A stretch of DNA of 64,000 bases from Camelus ferus (lineage: Eukaryota): positions 7,628,001 to 7,692,000 of the forward strand of contig NC_045697.1 in NCBI RefSeq assembly GCF_009834535.1, in the 5' to 3' direction. Numbering within the stretch: the stretch's first letter is position 1; each line of letters starts with the position of its first letter. Positions 38,406 to 51,809 of the stretch are shown in pieces. The translations under genes and the position numbers were made by a program. Below the pieces are notes generated by a model. It had not been told where the DNA came from. It saw only the letters and a list, made by a program, of their open reading frames with translations, and did not search any database.

Positions 38406-41400
38406 CAGCTGGGATTTTAATTGAGTTTTCATTAAATCTATGGATCAATTTGGGGAGAACTGACATCTTAATGTCGTGTCTTCTTAACCATGAACTCTCT
38501 ATATCTGTCTGTCTACATCAATTCCTTTTGTCAGTGTATTGTAGTTTTCAGTGAACATACTTTGCATATACGTTGTTAGTTTTACCTGAGTATCTCATGG
38601 TTTTTTATTCTATTTTTAAAATTTCGATGTCTAACATTTCATTGATAGTATATAAACATAAAATTGATTTTTATATTAACATTATATACTACAAACTTGT
38701 TAAATATATTTGGTTTGAGAACCTTTTTTATTGATTCTTTGAGGATTTTTTACACAGGAAATAATGAATAGAGACAGTTTTATTTTTCTTTTCTAATTTA
38801 TACCCTATCTGTCTGTCTGTCTGTCTATCTATCTACCTATCACTTACCTATCTCTATTATCTAATTATCTATCTGTTTATTTAATTATTGGCTTTTTCGC
38901 ACTGTCTCAGACTTCCAGCTGAATAATGAATTAGACTATTGAGAACAAACATCCCTTCAGGAAAAGAGTATTGTCTTTCACCATTAAATAGAGAGCTATT
39001 AATGTTCCCTTCGGCTTCTTTTTGTGAAAGATTTTTCACTATGAATGGATGTTATGTTTTGTCAAATACCTTCATTGTATCTATTGAGAGTTTCTCATTT
39101 ATTTATATGCTAGCATGGTGAAGTGCATTACTTGATTTTCAAATGGTGAATCTGCTCTGCTTTCCTAATATTAACCATTAATTGATCACAATGCATTATT
39201 TTTAATATATTTCTGTATTTGATTTGTTAATATTCTGCCCATTGCTTTTATACCTACGTTCATAAAGAATACTGATATGTAGTGTTCTTATAATTTTTGA
39301 CTCTGATTTAGATCTTTCCGGATTTATAAATTAAATTCAGAGTGGGAACACATGTTTTATTTTCTGGAAGAGTTTGTATTGTAATGGTGTTATTTCTTTC
39401 TCACATGTTTGGTAGGAATCACCAGTACAGCCATCTGGAGCTGAGGTTTACCTTCTGAAAATTATAAAAATAAGAATTAAAATGTGTTACTCGATATATG
39501 ATTATTCTAGATTTCTTAGTGAATCCTTCTTGTGTCTTTATAGACACGGTCTATTTAAAACAATGCATTTATAGCTATAAAGATGTATGAAATTATTCCT
39601 AAATGTGTATTACTTTGTTGATATTTTCAAAGAAACATCTTTGCTTTCATTGTATTTTTTTCAGCTTTTCTGATTTCAATGTAATTGAATTCCTTTATTA
39701 TTTTTATTTATCTTATTTTTTCTGCTTTTGATTTAATTTGTTCTTACATTTTAAGTTTATTTATTTATCTATTTTTAATTTTTAGGGGAAGATAACATTA
39801 CTGATTTTAAATTTTGTTTTTATTCTAATAGACATATACAATGCTATAAATTTCTCCTTAAGCATTGCCTTGACAGTATCCCACCCAATTTTCATTCAGT
39901 CAAAATATTTTCCAACTTCCCTTTCAGTTTGTCTCAACTTATGGATTTTTTAGAAGTGTATTTCATTTTCAAATATTTCTAGATTTTTAAGATATCTTTC
40001 TGCTACTGATTTCAATTTTAATTACTTTAATATAACAAACAATACTTTGGATTTTTCTACCATTGTATTTGCTAAGTTTTATTTTATGACTAAGAATATG
40101 TTCTATCTTGAAGACTGTTCAGTGCACACTTAAAACTTGTGTATCCTGCTGTTGTTGGGTGAATTCGTCTATTAATATCAAATAAGTCAGATCTGCTGTT
40201 AGGGCTGTTCTGCTCTTTTATGTCCTTATCAATTTTCTGCCTACATTTTCTATAGATTATTGAACAAGGAACGTTGAAGTCTCCAACTAAAATTATTGAA
40301 TTTGCTTATATCTACCTCAGTTTTATCAGGTTTTACTTCATGTACTAAAACTCTCTTTTTAGGTGCATACAGATTTACAAATTTTAAATCTTCTTGGTAA
40401 AGTGACTGTTACAGTATTATGTAATTTTTCTCTCCATGCCTGATCGTCTTTTTTGTACTGAAGTTTGCTTTCTCTGATATTAATATTGCCATCCAAGCTT
40501 TCTTTTGGTTCATTTTTAATAATATCATGTTTACCATTATTTAAAATATTCTATGTGCATCTTTATATTCAAAGTAAACTTATCTGTAGAAAATATATGG
40601 TTAAATCTTCCTTTGTATACTACCTGAAAATCTATGGCTTTCAATTGCTGTGTTTAGGCTATTTAACTTTACTGTGATATTGATAAATTGGACTTAGATT
40701 TGCCCTTTTATTACTGGTTTTCTGTTTGTCTTTTCTGAATTTTGTTTCTCCATTCTCCTTTTTCTGCTCTTCTTTTAATTAGCTAATTTTTATCCTTTTG
40801 GTTTTTTTTTTTTTTTTGGTCTATATCTTGTTGAATTTATTTTATACATTTATTTATTTATTTTCAGTTGTTGCTCTAGGGATTAAGCATTCACTATTAT
40901 ATAAAGTTATTATTTTATCATTTCAAGAAAAGTTTTACAACCATATGAATATGGTTTACTCTTCCTCATTGATATTTATGTTGTAGTGTCATGCGTAGAG
41001 TGTCATCTATACTGAATGCTCCACCAAACAATGTTACCATTGTTGCTTTCAGCAGTCATGCAACTTTTAAAGGATTTCAGGGGATAAAACTAGACCTTCA
41101 AACAAGTTATCCACATAAATTGATTGTCTTTGCCTTTATTTCTGAAGCTCCAAGTTTCCCTCTGGTATTATTTCCCTTCAATCTAAAGACAGTATTGTAT
41201 CATTTCTTTTAGATCAGGTCTTCTGGAAATTAATTTTCTGAATTGTCATTCATCTAAGAATTCTTCTCATTTGTGATCATTTCTGCAGGATACTTCCACT
41301 GGAAATGAAATTCTGAGTGGATGGCTCTTTTCTTTCAGCATTTTAAAAAGCTGTTCGACTCTCTTTTGTTTTCCATAGTTTCTGATGAGATAGCCATAGT

Positions 41401-41929
41401 TTTAAACCATGGTTTCCCTACATGATGTAATGTATTATATGTTGCTTTAAATAGCTTTTTTTTTTAATTCTTTAATTTTCAAAAGGACTAATTACTATGT
41501 CTAGTTACTGTTTTCTTTTTGTTTATCCTCTTCAGGATTCACTGAGTCTTTGAATCTGCAAACGTATCTTTCATGATATTTGGACCGTTTCTAGTTGTTA
41601 TTTACTCAAAGCTTTTTCTGTGCCCTCCCTGCTCTTTCTGGGACTCAAATGACATGGATGTGCGGTACTGTGGCTTGGGCCTGCTTTGGGAAAAAGCCAC
41701 AGGAGTGAGAAGAAAATAAGTAATTTCACCTCTGCACAAACTGCTCTCTAAATTCTGACTTTTCTCCACACTTTTTCTACTTTGTTTACTTATCAGGGTT
41801 TCCAAATAGTTTTGTTTGTTTGTTTGTTGTTTTGTTGTTGTTTTATATTTTATACAGAGTTTCTGTGTAATCATTAGAAGAGATTAGCTGTGGTGAGTTT
41901 ACTTCACTGTGGCCAGAGCTAAAAGTTGC

Positions 41930-42128
41930 AGTTTTTCACACAGATGGCAAGCAGACAGTATCTTTTGAAAAATGTATTTTAGATTCAGTCACTCCCTGCT
42001 TAACATCTTTTATTTTTTTTCTTTCATCTGGAATATATTGCCATCTTTTAGAAACAGGTCATTCTAGACTCTTATCATCTCTCCAACCCCATTTTGTCCC
42101 TCAGTCACGCATTAGAATCATACTATCC

Positions 42129-42172
<44 letters not shown>

Positions 42173-42510
42173 TTAATTATTTACTAGAACATGACACAAT
42201 TTTCCTGTCTCAGAGTCTGAACTTCTTATTCTATTCATATGAAATATTTCCTTCACTTTTGCTCTTACACTATAACTTTTCATTATTCAAATTTCAATTC
42301 AAGTGTCTCCCTCAGACAGGTTTTCTGGCCACTTAGTTTGAAATAATTCTTTTTTCCCTCCACTCCAGCCTAATATATTCTTCATACCATCATCCCTAGC
42401 ATTCCTACTCTTATCACATACTGAATTCATTTCTTTAAATATTCATCACTTACTTCCTCCCTCTGTAGTGTAAGTTACCTTGAGACAATGACCACTTGTC
42501 TTATTCAAAC
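41930..42510 (+). mobile_element. L2 remnant, right part, with (TTTA)n
   Basis: tcttttgaaaaatgtattttagattcagtcactccctgcttaa...gtaagttaccttgagacaatgacc; (TTTA)n 42130-42173. Confidence 0.6.
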
Positions 42511-42877
42511 TGATAGGAGCTGGATGTGTCTCCCACGCTAAAATCGGCCACGATTCATTGCTGGCAGGCACTAAACAGATCCATGAGAAAGAGGAGAGAC
42601 TGGGCTTGTTAAAGATTATCTTACCTCTTGTTTGCAGAAGAGAGGACCATCTCTTTCACAGCAGGTATGCAAGGTCGGTTGTGTGATGTGGGAATCCAGA
42701 GTACTAATCGTGATTTTCCCTGGAGACCACCACAAAGAGATCTAAATTCAGTGCTTTGTGATTCAATGACCTATGGTTTGGACCCAAATATTGGGACTTC
42801 TCACATAAAACAATTAAGTTGGTGACCATTATTTGAGAGAATCATTCTGAGTATCACCCACTGACCTAGCTTAGAAT

Positions 42878-43700
42878 TTTGTTGTGGCAGCTCTAACAAA
42901 TGAATACAGATTTTGGTACAGAGAAGTCAGGTGTTCTAAAAATATCTAAAAATGTGAGAGTGACTTTGGCACTGGGTGATAAATGGACACCAAAAGAGTG
43001 TTGAGGCGCATGCTAGAAAAAGACCAGAAGTGATTGCTGGCAGGAAAATGGATCTTAAAATGGATTCTGGTGCATTCTCAGACAGAAATGGGGAACATAT
43101 TATTGGAAACTAAAAGAAAGGTAATCTTTGTTATGAAAGTGGCAAAGACCTTGACCAAATTGAAATCTAGTGTTTTGAGGAAAGTAGAAATTATAAGTGA
43201 TACACTTGTATGTTTATTTCTAAGTAAAATATTGAAGACTTAGACTGGTTTCTCCATACCGTGTCCAAGAATTTATGAGAAGAGATGGGATACCTGAAGG
43301 GGTTGTTAAGCAAAAACAAACCAAAACTTGAAGATTTGGAGCCTTTCAGTCTATCTATCTTATGAAAAATGAAAAAATAAATGTGTTCTGGAGAATGGCA
43401 AGAGTATGGCTGGAAAAAAATAATTTGATGAGGAGATTATGAATGTGACTCATGGATCTACTCAAGCATTTCAGCAGAAGACAGGAATAGAGATGGAGTT
43501 ATACCAAAAGAAACAGTGGCAGCCTGGATTTCAGGGAACAGAGTTGGGACACAATATAGGAAGGCTGTCAGACTTCGGTGAGTCTACGGGATGACCCAGT
43601 AGAGTGATCTAGCTGCAAAGGTGTTACACTTCAAAAAAATAAAGAATGACCCAAAAGGTGGGGCCATCTCTTCTAAGTTTCCAAAGGGTAGGACCGCCTC
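42878..43700 (+). mobile_element. MaLR LTR 3' end plus MLT1 internal sequence
   Basis: LTR end aacaaatgaataca then gattttggtac; ctcagacagaaatggggaacatattattggaaact, ttatgaaagtggcaaaga. Confidence 0.8.
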
Positions 43701-43806
43701 CTCTGGAAATATCCAGTATTGAGAATTGTGAGAAAATAATTTCTGTTGTTTAAACCATCCAAATCTATGGTATTTTGTTATGTTGAGCCTAAAGAAAACC
43801 AGTATA
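43700..43806 (+). mobile_element. MLT1 LTR 3' fragment
   Basis: agaattgtgagaaaataatttctgttgtttaaacca...ctatggtattttgttatg. Confidence 0.75.
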
Positions 43807-44423
43807 GTAATAAATTCAATTGTGTTCTCAAAAAAGGTAAGTCCAAGTCCTAACCTCTCTTACCTGTGAACTTGACCTTACATGGCAACTAGGGTCTTTA
43901 CAGATATAATTAAGTGAGGATCAAGATGAGGCCATCAATAATTAGAGCGGGCCTTAAGTCAAATGAAAGTGTCCTTATAAAAGAGAGAAAAGGATAGGAC
44001 ACAGAATGATGGTTAATTTTATGTACCAGCTTGACTGAGCCATGGGGTGCCCAATATTTGTTTAAACATTATTTTTAATGTATCTTGAGGGTGTTTCTGA
44101 TGAGATTAACATTTGAATGGATTGACTGAGTAAAGCAGATTGCTCTCCCCTACATAGATGACCCTCATGCAATCCATTGAAAGTCTAAATAGAAAAAAGA
44201 GAATTCACTCTGTCTACCAGACTGTCTTTGAGCTAGGATATTGGTTTTTCCTGTCTTTGGACTCTGACTTAGACTGGAACAGACACCATCCATTCTCCTA
44301 GGCCTCAGACCTCCAGATTTGATCTAAAACTGTACCACTGGCTCTTCTGGGCCTGCAGCTTGCCACCTGTAGGTCTTGAGATTTCTCATTTCTTAACCAA
44401 TTCCAGGTAGATAGATAGATAGG

Positions 44424-44454
<31 letters not shown>

Positions 44455-44774
44455 AGGGCTATAACTCCCATTGGTTCTGTTTCTTTGGAAAACCAGGACT
44501 AATGCACACAGACACACATGACATCCACATGGAGACTGATGTGGCAGAGGCAGAATTTGGATTTATGCTGCCACGAGCCAAGGAATGCCAGACCAATCAC
44601 AATCGGGTACATTAAAGGAGGTGTTATCTCCTAGAACATTTGGAGGGAGTGTGGCCCTGCAGGCACCTTGATTTCTGAATTCTAATCTCCAGAATTGTGA
44701 GAGAACACATTTCTGTTGCTTTAAGCCGTCCAGTTTCCGGTGATTTGTTATGGCAGCCACAGGAAACTAATACA
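43807..44774 (+). mobile_element. MLT1B/C-like LTR split by MLT2
   Basis: 5' half tacctgtgaacttgacctta...agggtctttacagat; 3' half ggagggagtgtggccctgc...cagccacaggaaactaataca. Confidence 0.85.
44005..44506 (+). mobile_element. ERVL solo LTR (MLT2-like) with (GATA)n
   Basis: tgatggttaattttatgt...gactgagtaaagcagattgc...attggttctgtttctttggaaaacc; 5-bp TSD cacag 44000-44004 / 44507-44511; (GATA)n 44406-44453. Confidence 0.9.
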
Positions 44775-44994
44775 CTTTGTCTGAAGTTACACAACCATCC
44801 CATGCAGATTCTGAGTTTTGAATCCTAGTCTCCTAGATTTCAGAGACCTTGCTCCTAGCACTACATTACAACACCTCTCCAGGCTTAGCTTTTACAACAC
44901 GGGCTTACATGGCCGTCACGTAGCTTTCTCTGCTAGACGGGACTTACACAAAATAAGGTATTTTACCCATCCCATCATGTTTGCATATCCATCA

Positions 44995-45188
44995 ATTTTT
45001 AATGCATGTATTTATTTTATTGACATATAGTTGATTAACAATGTTACATTAGTTTAAGGTGTACAAAATAGTGACTGGATATGTTTATAGATTCTACTCC
45101 ATTTAGCATTATTATAAATGTTGGTTACATTCCCTGTGTTGTACATTGAAGCCTCGTGTCTTATTTATCTAATACCTAGCGATTTGTT
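44995..45188 (-). mobile_element. L1 3' UTR fragment
   Basis: ttttattgacatatagttgattaacaatgttacattagtttaaggtgtacaaaatagtga. Confidence 0.8.
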
Positions 45189-45824
45189 GCTATTTATGTG
45201 ACAGTCACTGTGCAAAGCAACGTGATTTCCACAAATGAGAGAGGTACAGGCTGATGCTCCTGGGGCACCCACTTTGGTGGTGAGAACAGACCATAAATAA
45301 ATCTTCTGGTAAATGTGTAATTACCAATAATGATTCACATCATATAGTAAAGGAATAGGCAGTAAGAATGATAGAATACACGAGACTATGGGTGACAAAT
45401 TTAGACCTACACAGGGTTTGTTTTTTTTTTTTTTCCTGTATTGTCAAGAAATGTAGATTCAGGCTTCAGTTCAGAATTAGCCTTTGAATAGAAGTCAGTT
45501 TGACCTAATAGTCTAAATTGAGATTGGTTTGTATAGAGGGAGTGCTGGAGGCACAGGTTAGGAGCCATTTATTTTTTATTTTATTGCAGACTAGAAAAAG
45601 GCAAATCAAATAGCCTGCCTTAAAATATCCAGGCATTTCCAACTGTGAGTTATTTAATATGCATGAGAGTCCCTTAAAGATATTTCAGAGGGCAGTGTTT
45701 CAGGGTGAAAATTTGATATAAGGAAAACCAGAGACACACATTGTCAGAGGCTCTCAGATGCCCTTGGGCTAGCCCCAGGGTATGCAAGGTCTTCCAGCTT
45801 TCAGATAGCTCTTCCATCCCTCTT

Positions 45825-46250
45825 CCTCTTGGTTGCCAGAGTGATCATCCTAAAGCAGACATGTCACCAGTTTTCACCACTGATTAAAATTTCTCAGTTG
45901 TCCACCCACTGCCTGTAAGATAGAGCACGACTCCTTTGCCTGACTCCGAAGGACCCTTGTGAGCCTGCTTTTGCTTTTCCCTCCAGCTACACCTCCTGCA
46001 GCCTCCCACATGATTTCCGCTCCAGCAAAGCAGGGGTGTTTATAATGACCCCCTTCCAGGTCTCTCTACACATACACACACCTTTCAGTTTCAAGTTTCC
46101 TTGTCTTCCTCAGATCCTCTCCACTATTTCTTGTGCTCTTGTCATTCTTAATATTTACTTCTATCATAGACAGTTTCACTGTTTATAATTAATTTTAAGA
46201 GTATGTCTCCCTACTCAGACCATAAAATACTCAAGATTTGACTTCATAAC
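45825..46250 (+). mobile_element. L2 remnant
   Basis: gccagagtgatcatcctaaagcagac...ctgattaaaatttctcagttg...tgtctccctactcagaccataa. Confidence 0.65.
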
Positions 46251-46349
46251 TCATCAACGGCTTTCAATAGAAATAGGGGAGGCAACGGTTGTGACTTCTG
46301 AGATTTGTCCTTAAGAGGTCTTAAGGGCTAGATGCTCCATCCGGCCAAG

Positions 46350-46580
46350 AGCTCCAGCTAACTGCCAGAAGTACATGGGGCCATCTTGGAACATCCACTT
46401 GAACTCAAGTTCTCAAGTGAGTGCAGCCACAAAAGTGACCCCAGGCAAAGCCAGGGAAGGAACCTATCATCCGAGCCCAGCCTGAACTGCTGAGCCACAG
46501 AACTCTGAGAAACAGCAAAATACTGTTTTAAACCACTGTACTTGGAGGGTTTCACTACGTAGCAGTAGTGAAGTGGCACA
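46350..46580 (+). mobile_element. MLT1F/H-like LTR 3' part
   Basis: gccatcttgga...gagcccagcctgaactgctgagccacagaactctgaga...tgttttaaaccact. Confidence 0.75.
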
Positions 46581-46584
46581 GGAC

Positions 46585-46972
46585 GCTAGCTAGTTCAACC
46601 AGAAAGCAGTTATTAAAGGCACGAGGGAATCTGTAGGACCTCCAGGAGGAGTAAAGAAACAGTGCTGGATGCTACCAGTCAGGACGATGAAGCCAAGGAA
46701 CAAAGCCCCACACGTCGGGGAACTGGGGTGGTGCAAACACCACTGTCATCATCACCTACTCTTTGCTGCTGACCACATTTAAGATAGGCTAGGAAGAGCT
46801 ATAATTACAACTGCCCCTTCTGACACTCTGGCCAAAGGACGCTCTTCCCATTAGTGGACACTGCTTCGTGTTTCTCTCCTCCTCATCATTCTCTGGCATG
46901 AGTCATCGGATTGGCTGAACCTAGGTCAGAGTCTGGCACCTCCACAGCAAAGGGATCTGAGAAACCAGGTAG
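46585..46972 (-). mobile_element. Old MLT1 (K/L/N-like) LTR remnant
   Basis: gattggctgaacctaggtca...gcaaagggatctgagaaa. Confidence 0.5.
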
Positions 46973-47419
46973 TTATTATTATCATTGCTGTTGCCTTTGG
47001 TTGGCAGAAGGCTCTACCTCTTAATGTGACAAACCATCCAAATATGAAAAGGAATTTGAAAAGACTTGGCCAGCCAAGCATAAAAGATAAGCAATGAAAG
47101 ATATTTATCACATCCACCTTCATTATTACTTAGTGTGTGGGGTTCATACCAACTGGACTATGTTCCAAGACTTCAAAATTTGGGGTACTTTATCATTATT
47201 ATTGTACTTTCTTATGCAAATTCCCATTCCTGGTTCTGCTGATCATGTTCACCATGATACCACCTTCCTGATTTCGGACAAACCCTGAAAGCCTTACTCA
47301 CAGTATTTCAACCTGTCACATCAGGATCAGATGATCAGTTTACCCTGCACCGAGGTGAGAACTAATAAAACGCCAATGTCTGTACATTTATCTGGGATAA
47401 TGTCAGCAATGTGTTATCT

Positions 47420-47712
47420 TTGAGAGGCAGTATTTCACAACGGTGACACTCAGAGTCCCTAAAACAAGCCTACTGAGGTTTGAATCTCAGCTCTTCTTCT
47501 TACAATGCTGTGTGACCTTGGGTAAGTTACTTAACCTCTCTGTGCTCTATTTTTTCCCATCTATGAATGTAGGCTAACATTAACACCTAATGATATATAT
47601 ATATATAATTATATTGTATTATTTATTTATACCCACACAAACACATGCACTTACCTGGAACAGCCTCTTATAGACATTGTAAACGCTATGAAAGTGTTAA
47701 CTATTAGTATTC
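47420..47712 (+). mobile_element. MIR SINE
   Basis: ggtttgaatctcagctct...gctgtgtgaccttgggtaagttacttaacctctctgtgc. Confidence 0.85.
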
Positions 47713-48475
47713 TCAGTTATTATCATCAATAAATTCTTAAACTCCTTAGTTTAGAAGGATGAGAAGGGTACTAGAGAACAGTGATTCAACTATGACTCTG
47801 CCAATAAATTCCATACGTTGAATTAGTAGATCTGACAGGTATAAGCTTTGTAATCAATTCCTCTCCCTCCACATAAACCATGCTTTCCTTATAAGAAATC
47901 AAATGAGACAAGTACATTATATACTGTTGTTAGTCATCTAGACCATAGTACTCACTCAGTACATATAAGCATTAGTGATTATAGTCTTGTCTTTATTTAT
48001 ACAGTGCAAATTGCCAGACCCCATAAGCTATATGACCCCAAGATTTTTTATTTCTCAGATTATATTATTTAATCTTAGCTGCAATTCTGTAGTCAGTGCA
48101 TGAACACATAAACCCATTATACAGATGAGAAAACTGCAACTCAGAGAGTTGAAATGACCTCTGAAAGCTTATACATCATGATAATTGTGAAGATGGCATT
48201 ATAAACTAGCCACCCCTGACTCCAAAGTTTATACCCCTTTGTATCCACCAGCCTGATTAGAATAAACCTGTCTTTATTGCAACATTGCAAACATTTAGAA
48301 TCTGGTGCCCATGGCCTACACACAACAACTGCTGAATTGTAACCTGATTTTATAATGTTTGGAACTCAAATTAGATGTGATCTAATGCTACTGAGACTGG
48401 ACCAACCAGCTGAGGACACTTATATGACAGTAACACAAGGCCAAGTTGTTTAAAAGCTGGAATAAATCTTACACC

Positions 48476-48665
48476 GATGGTTGTCCCACTTTATGGTATG
48501 TGAGAATCACATGGATGGTCTGTTAAACACGCAAACTGGGTCTCCACCTCTCATGATTCTGGTTCAACAGGACTGGGGTAGGTCAGAGAATATGCATTTC
48601 TCTCTGTTTCTCAGATGACACTACTGTGCCGGTTCAGGGACTATCCCACTGAGCATCAGTATCTG
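48476..48665. mobile_element. hAT-Charlie MITE (MER5A-like)
   Basis: agaatcacatggatggtctgttaaacacgcaaactggg...gagaatatgcatttct. Confidence 0.75.
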
Positions 48666-48727
48666 CAAAATCTCTAGGCTGGATCAGTCATTTCAACAAT
48701 AAGGCAATGGGCTGAGAAGCAGGACAG

Positions 48728-49097
48728 ACTGTAACGTTTATTTAAGAAAGACTGAAATAGGAATTTGTTTGCAGGCAGCTTGTTGAAAAGTGCTCTTACA
48801 AACACCAACGTTGAGGAGGTGAAAGCAGGGGGACCAGAACAAGAAGCTGAACTACAGTGATAGTCCCGCAAGGGTCTTAGCTCAGCTTGCAGGCAGTTTT
48901 GGGGCAGGTTTGGACCTGAAGCATAGTCTTCAATTGAGGCAAAGGGGCTGTTCCTTTGTTCACCCCCTCCTTTCCCTCACACTGACTGCTCTTTGGATGT
49001 GGTCTGTCCTCAGGCTGGCCTCCAGGCATCTGGGAGAATGAGTTCCTGCCTCCAGGAGCCCTGATGTCTCCTTCCTGCAGGATACTAGGAAGCACAT
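48728..49097 (-). mobile_element. ERVL LTR (LTR16-like)
   Basis: agactgaaataggaatttgtttgcaggcagcttgttg...agaagctgaactacagtg...aattgaggcaaaggggctg. Confidence 0.6.
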
Positions 49098-49407
49098 GGG
49101 AGTCGGACCTGAGAGTTCAGTCAGATTGCTTTGTCTATGTGTTAACTGCTTGAATTGAACTTTGAGTATGAAATCTTTGAATTTGATTTGATAGAAAAAA
49201 AATAATAATTTTAGATTTCTCTAGACCTGAGTTCGGGTTCTCACTCTACCATATAAAAGCCATGTGACATCGGGTCACTCAACAAGACTTTCGGGCTTAT
49301 TTCTTGATTTGCAGCAACGGGTAATAATAGTAATTCTATGCTCTTTCAAAAGTGAGGGCTTAGTAACAAAGGTGCCCTGTAAATGGTTATATTAGTGGCT
49401 CCAATGG

Positions 49408-49850
49408 TAGACATTTACTACTTCACAGTTTCTGGGCATCAGGAATCTGAGAGAAGGTAAACTGAGTATTTCTGACCCAGGGTCCCTCATGTGGTTGCAG
49501 TCAAGATGTTGACCTGGTCTCCAGTCATCTGGAGACTGGACTGGGGCTGGAGAATGCACACCCAAGATGGTGCCTCACATGGCTGTTGGCAGGGGGCCTT
49601 GGTCCTCACCGTATGAACCCAAGTGCTCTCTAAGCATCCTCATGACATGGTGACTGGCTTTTCCTGGTGAGAATGATCTGAGAGAGCAAGAAAAAAGGCA
49701 CAGTATTTTTTTATGTCCTAGCCTCAAACGCCATAGCCTCTGATTTCCATTATATGTTACTAGTTACCCAGGTCAGCCCAGTCCAGTGGAGGAGGGCGCT
49801 CCCAGGAGGCAGGCATCACTAGGAACCACCCTGAAGACTGGCCAGCAGCA
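49408..49850 (-). mobile_element. MLT1E/F-like LTR
   Basis: ttgcagtcaagatgttg, gactggggctggagaa, ccaagatgg, ctcacatggctgttggcagg, cctcatgacatgg. Confidence 0.85.
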
Positions 49851-50819
49851 GTACTTAATGCACTTACGCTTGAGTGGCCTGGGGACAAAGACGTCTCATT
49901 CTGGCCAAGATTATGTGCCTCTTCCTCTAGATCATCTGTCTTTTATTAGGAAGCAAGTGGTCTTAAGCCAAAGGATCTGAGCATTAACGCCCAAGGAGAA
50001 ATTAAATCGAAGGGAATTGCTGGCAATCAAGGATTCTGCCTCACATCGAACACATAATTTGAATTTTGTAGAAGATTGTACCAATTCGAATCAAACTTGC
50101 TGTCCTATTCGAGTCTTAAATGAAAAAGGAAAGCTTTCTACTTCCTTTTATTTTTTACTGCTCCATTTTTTTGGCTGAACCCAGGTCATATATATTGTTA
50201 GATATGTTTACCAGCTGACATACTATGTATAGGAAAAGAGACCTCCTAGAGATTTAATTTTACCTTCTGGCAAGTTAATAAGGAAACTTTCTGACAAGAG
50301 TATTTAATAGGATCAATATTGAAGATCTTCTCTTGTTAAATGCACCTGTTTTGTCCTCTCTTTTGTGCCAAGGAGTGGCCTTTAATTTATGGCAAAGAGA
50401 ACATCTGAGTTTTCAGGAGACATAATTTCAGAAAGAAGAAAAAATTCTGTATATAAAAAGAAACCTATTTATCTCACTAATCTTTTTTATTAAGAGTTTT
50501 TCTGCACTAAAATGAACAGCCTGTTATGTGAGAAAAGGCTAAACATCTAAATCTTGCTTTAATGGTGATAAAAGGCATTATTCATATTAACCACCCCAAG
50601 GTTATTTTTATGTGCATATAATGGTTTGCTGATCTGCGTTCGAGACATAATAATCCAGATTTTCCACTCAGCAAGGCATCTTATTCATTTAAATTTACTG
50701 CATATATTTAGAAATATATATCAGCCGTGAATGCAACCTAAATTGCCAGGTACAGTACTGAAAACAGGTCCCTAAATTAGAAGGGAGACTAAATATAAAG
50801 GCAATGAATGTGCTTGCCT

Positions 50820-50970
50820 GCTGTGGCTGGAGTAGAAGGAGAGCCCTGGATTCAAGGCAGAAGGCTTGAGTTCTGATTCCCGGGCTCCTTTCAACAATGT
50901 GACTGTGAACTTGGGGAAATATTTGACCTTGGTGAGTCCCTAATTCCTCACCTAAAAGTAGAGTTATTAG
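50820..50970 (+). mobile_element. MIR SINE fragment
   Basis: gagccctggattcaaggcagaaggcttgagttctgattcc...tgtgaacttggggaaat. Confidence 0.65.
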
Positions 50971-51809
50971 GCCTACTAAACCCACCTGTACTGAGTACCA
51001 TCTATAGAGGTTAAACTCTTCTGATGGAAGTAAATGTGTGAAAAACTTATTTTGTTCATGAAGTAAATAAATAACTTAATTCACAAAGTTTGCAATGTGC
51101 TCGTGGAAGTCTGGTGTCAGTTGTATATGACTGGGACCTAAGGACACAGTAGTAAACTGGGAAGATCACGCTGCCACTCTTTCGGCGTGTAGAGTACAGG
51201 GAAGAAATCTGAGAAATAATCCAGGGGGTTGAGACTGAGCATGTTGAGCGACATGACTGGGGGGGCAGAGCATCAGTGAAAGCCCATATAGAGCTTAGGG
51301 GGATCCAGATGTATTTAGGAAGACCAGGGAGGGCCTAGGACCTGTCCACAAAGATCAGCAAGACAGCTCAAAAATAATAGATAGCTGCGCTGAGTATAGC
51401 ATGATCTACAAAATAAAGTCTTATCTGACCGAGGAGAATAGTTTTATCCACACACCTGGATGTGCAAAGCTTCTTAGATATAAATGGTGAGAAAATGATC
51501 TGAGAGAGTGTGTTAAAGTAGGTGACTTTGGATAAACAAGAGTGGAGGGTGCACTGACAGAGCGTGAACGTACAGCTTATCAAGACAGCAGAGAGTTGGA
51601 AGCGACAAGAGGTCTAGGAAGAGACACAGCCTCCTTACAAGCAGCCAAAGAAAGGATGGGGGCGAATGCATCCGGTGCCTCCCATTTGTACAGCCCCCTA
51701 CAGTGTGTGCTGCTGGCCACGCTCTTCTGATGTCTTGAGCAGTGACATTGAAAACAGCTACTTCCAAATCACAAATTCTCAAGCAGACAGCTAAGCTCAA
51801 TCTTCAAAC

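Larger units (their letters stand above)
35370..41925 (-). mobile_element. Ancient long L1M (L1MC/MD/ME-like) with internal deletions, host to younger insertions
   Basis: 3' UTR motifs (ttggattgtttccagttt, ctaggagtgggattgctggg), T-rich antisense ORF2/ORF1 decay (tatcctgctgttgttgggtga, gttgaagtctccaacta), L1M 5'-end-like sequence near 41850-41925. Confidence 0.8.

Noticed and set aside
37622..38554. + strand ORFs of 80-129 aa
   Set aside because: Antisense reading of L1 ORF2
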